Shown: piece after piece, positions 61,873 to 64,000 of the stretch
Position numbering within the stretch: position 1 is the first letter of the stretch
How the letters are laid out: each line of letters starts with the position of its first letter
Assembly (NCBI RefSeq): GCF_016433145.1
Contig: NC_058130.1
Coordinates: 202,380,740 to 202,444,739 of the forward strand
Length of the DNA stretch: 64,000 bases
DNA from: Gracilinanus agilis
Lineage: Eukaryota
Direction: 5' to 3'
The notes under the pieces: model-generated
The model's database searches: none
The model's input: the letters and a program-made list of their open reading frames with translations, nothing else
Told to the model about the DNA's origin: nothing
Made by a program: the position numbers and the translations under genes

Positions 61873-62059
61873 TGGGGGCAGCTGGGTAGCTCAGTGGAGT
61901 GAGAGTCAGGCCTAGAGACAGGAGGTCCTAGGTTCAAACCCGGCCTCAGCCACTTCCCAGCTGTGTGACCCTGGGCAAGTCACTTGACCCCCATTGCCCA
62001 CCCTTACCACTTCCACCTAGGAGCCAATACACAGAAGTTAAGGGTCTATAAAAAAAAAA
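61873..62059 (+). mobile_element. Very young SINE with perfect 13-bp TSD
   Basis: aaaactcacccca at 61860-61872 and 62060-62072; intact A/B boxes and A tail. Confidence 0.93.
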
Positions 62060-63177
62060 AAAACTCACCCCACGTGCCATGTCCTACATAAAGCCTTTTC
62101 TGATCCTTTAAACTTTTGGTGCCTCTCCTACTCACTCCAGCCAAATTACCTCATGTTTGTGTATAGATGTATTTGCTTATGTCAGTGCAGTGTTTCTTTC
62201 TTTAGAACATAAGCTCATCGAAGGCAGGGACTATTCCATTTTTATCTTCGTGAGGATATGGGAATCCAGATCACTCTCTTCTTGCTGTTCCTAAAAGGTC
62301 TAGAATGAAGGGTTTCTTCCCATGAGCATCCAGGAGTGAGGAGGTACCAGAATGGGTACCAGAAAGAATTCTGGATAGGTAATGGAGAGGGATGGTACAA
62401 AGAGAATGTTGGAATGGGGGCTGGAGCCCAGGGGAAAGGAACAAGAGGAATGAGGTGTGTGCTCCTTTTGATCCTGTAGATACAGGGACAATTGGATATC
62501 TCTTGTTTGTGGTCCAGTAAAGAATTCAAGGGTTTATTAGAAAGGTGAAGTGTGTGTTGTGTGTCTATTATTATTGGGTAGCTAGGTGGTGCAGTGGATA
62601 GTCAGGCCTGATGTCAAGAATCTGGCTTTGGATACTTACTGGCTGGCTGTGTGACCTTGAGCAAGTCACTTAACCCTGTTTGCCTCAATTTCCTTGTTTG
62701 AACAAGGAGCTAGAAAAGGAAATGGCAAACCAGTACAGGGTCTTTCTGAGGAAAACTCCAAAAAGAGATCATGAAGATTTGGATATGACTGAAAATGACT
62801 AAACAATTCTTTTTCGTCCCAGCAGTTTCTTTGATTCCTTTTCCAAAGAAGTTCATTCTCTTCCCCTTTCTATCATTTCAGTCCTCTTCTCCATTCTGGA
62901 TTCTAGGAGGCTCAGCATACAGCATTTGAGCCTTTAAGTTTTCTTGCCTGTTTACCTGGCTTCGCCCCTAAATTCCCACTAGCCAACAGGGTTGGATATT
63001 ATCTGTTTTTCTGCTCTGAATGAATCTACTATTCATAGTTAAGCATGTCTGGGTGCCCAAGTGATTGTCCTAGCCCAGGGGAGTAAACTGAACACAACAG
63101 GGAAGTTAGACCAGGTTTGGGGAACCTGCAGCTTCCTTCCTCCCTATGCTTTGGGGGACTAGCAGGGGAATTATACT

Positions 63178-63495
63178 TTTTTTTTAAACCCTTAACTTCT
63201 GTGTATTGGCTCCTAGATGGAAGAGTAGTAAGGGTGGGCAATGGGGGTCAAGTGACTTGCCCAGGGTCACACAGCTGGGAAGTGTCTGAGGCCAGATTTG
63301 TGTTCATTTTTTTTTTTTTTTACCCTTAACTTCTGTCTATTGGTTCATAGGTGAAAGATTGGTAAGGGTGGGCAATGGGGGTCAAGTGACTTGCCCAGGG
63401 TCACTCAGCTGGGAAGTGTCTGAGGCCAGATTTGAACCTAGGACCTCCTGTCTCTAGGCCTGACTCTCAATCCACTGAGCTACCCAGTTGCCCCC
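63178..63495 (-). mobile_element. Tandem young SINE pair (one truncated, one full length)
   Basis: Two copies of acccttaacttctgt...ctgaggccagatttg at about 63178-63300 and 63307-63495. Confidence 0.88.
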
Positions 63496-64000
63496 ACTTT
63501 TTTTTTTTTAATGGGCTCCAGCTGGGTAGTTTAGGTTGGTCTGACTGCTTTAATCTCAGCTAAACTCTAAGTCAAACCCAATCCCCTCAGTCCGAAATCC
63601 AGTCCAAGAATCCAGCCCAGCCCAGCCCGGTATGTGGTGTAGGTGAGAAACAACAGTGTTGACATGCAAAGAGGAAATTTGCAAAGAAAAGGAAGCTATT
63701 GAGTCAGAGCCCCCCTGTGGTCTGTGACTTTGTGGGAAAGAGATGTAGACTGTGACAGACATGGTGACAGGGAGGGAAGGAATGCAATCGGATTGGGGGA
63801 GAAGAAAAGTTGGGGTTCAGTTTGAATTAATCTCTTTCTCCCAGTCCAAAAAATAGTCTTGGGCTACTAGGGAGTGAGGTTTGGGACGGACCAGGTGGTG
63901 AGGATTGATTGGGCATTAAGTCTGGTGGAGGAGAGAGGACCAGGAAGAGACTTCACTGAATTTCTAGCTTACATAACATAAAATCCAGCCCCTGACCTAA

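Overview
A gene-dense marsupial locus. The dominant young tRNA/CORE SINE looks like opossum SINE1_Mdo, so probably a didelphid such as Monodelphis (inference). It is syntenic to human 16p11.2 and mouse chr7 (from recalled gene orders). I built six known genes by hand, with GT-AG boundaries and consistent reading phase: ZNF48 (-), SEPTIN1 (+), MYL11/MYLPF (-), TBC1D10B (+), CD2BP2 (+) and SPN/CD43 (+). The main surprise is a seventh intact gene between TBC1D10B and CD2BP2 (48355-48936, -). It is a sesquipedalian/PHETA (IPIP27)-family PH-domain protein with an OCRL-binding F&H motif, a spliced 5' UTR and poly(A) signals. It sits at neither the PHETA1 nor the PHETA2 locus, so it may be a third paralogue that I do not recall as a human coding gene. 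Other notable features: a decayed betaretrovirus-like provirus (LTR, tRNA-Lys PBS, gag) whose capsid region was hit twice at one site by L1; a degenerate tandem array of an L2 tail; a poly(A)-only insertion with TSD; hAT MITEs; and a dense CCAAT array. There are three N-gaps (258-391, 25833-26124, 26571-26781). No rRNA, tRNA gene or CRISPR array is supported. Family assignments rest on recalled sequences, not database searches.
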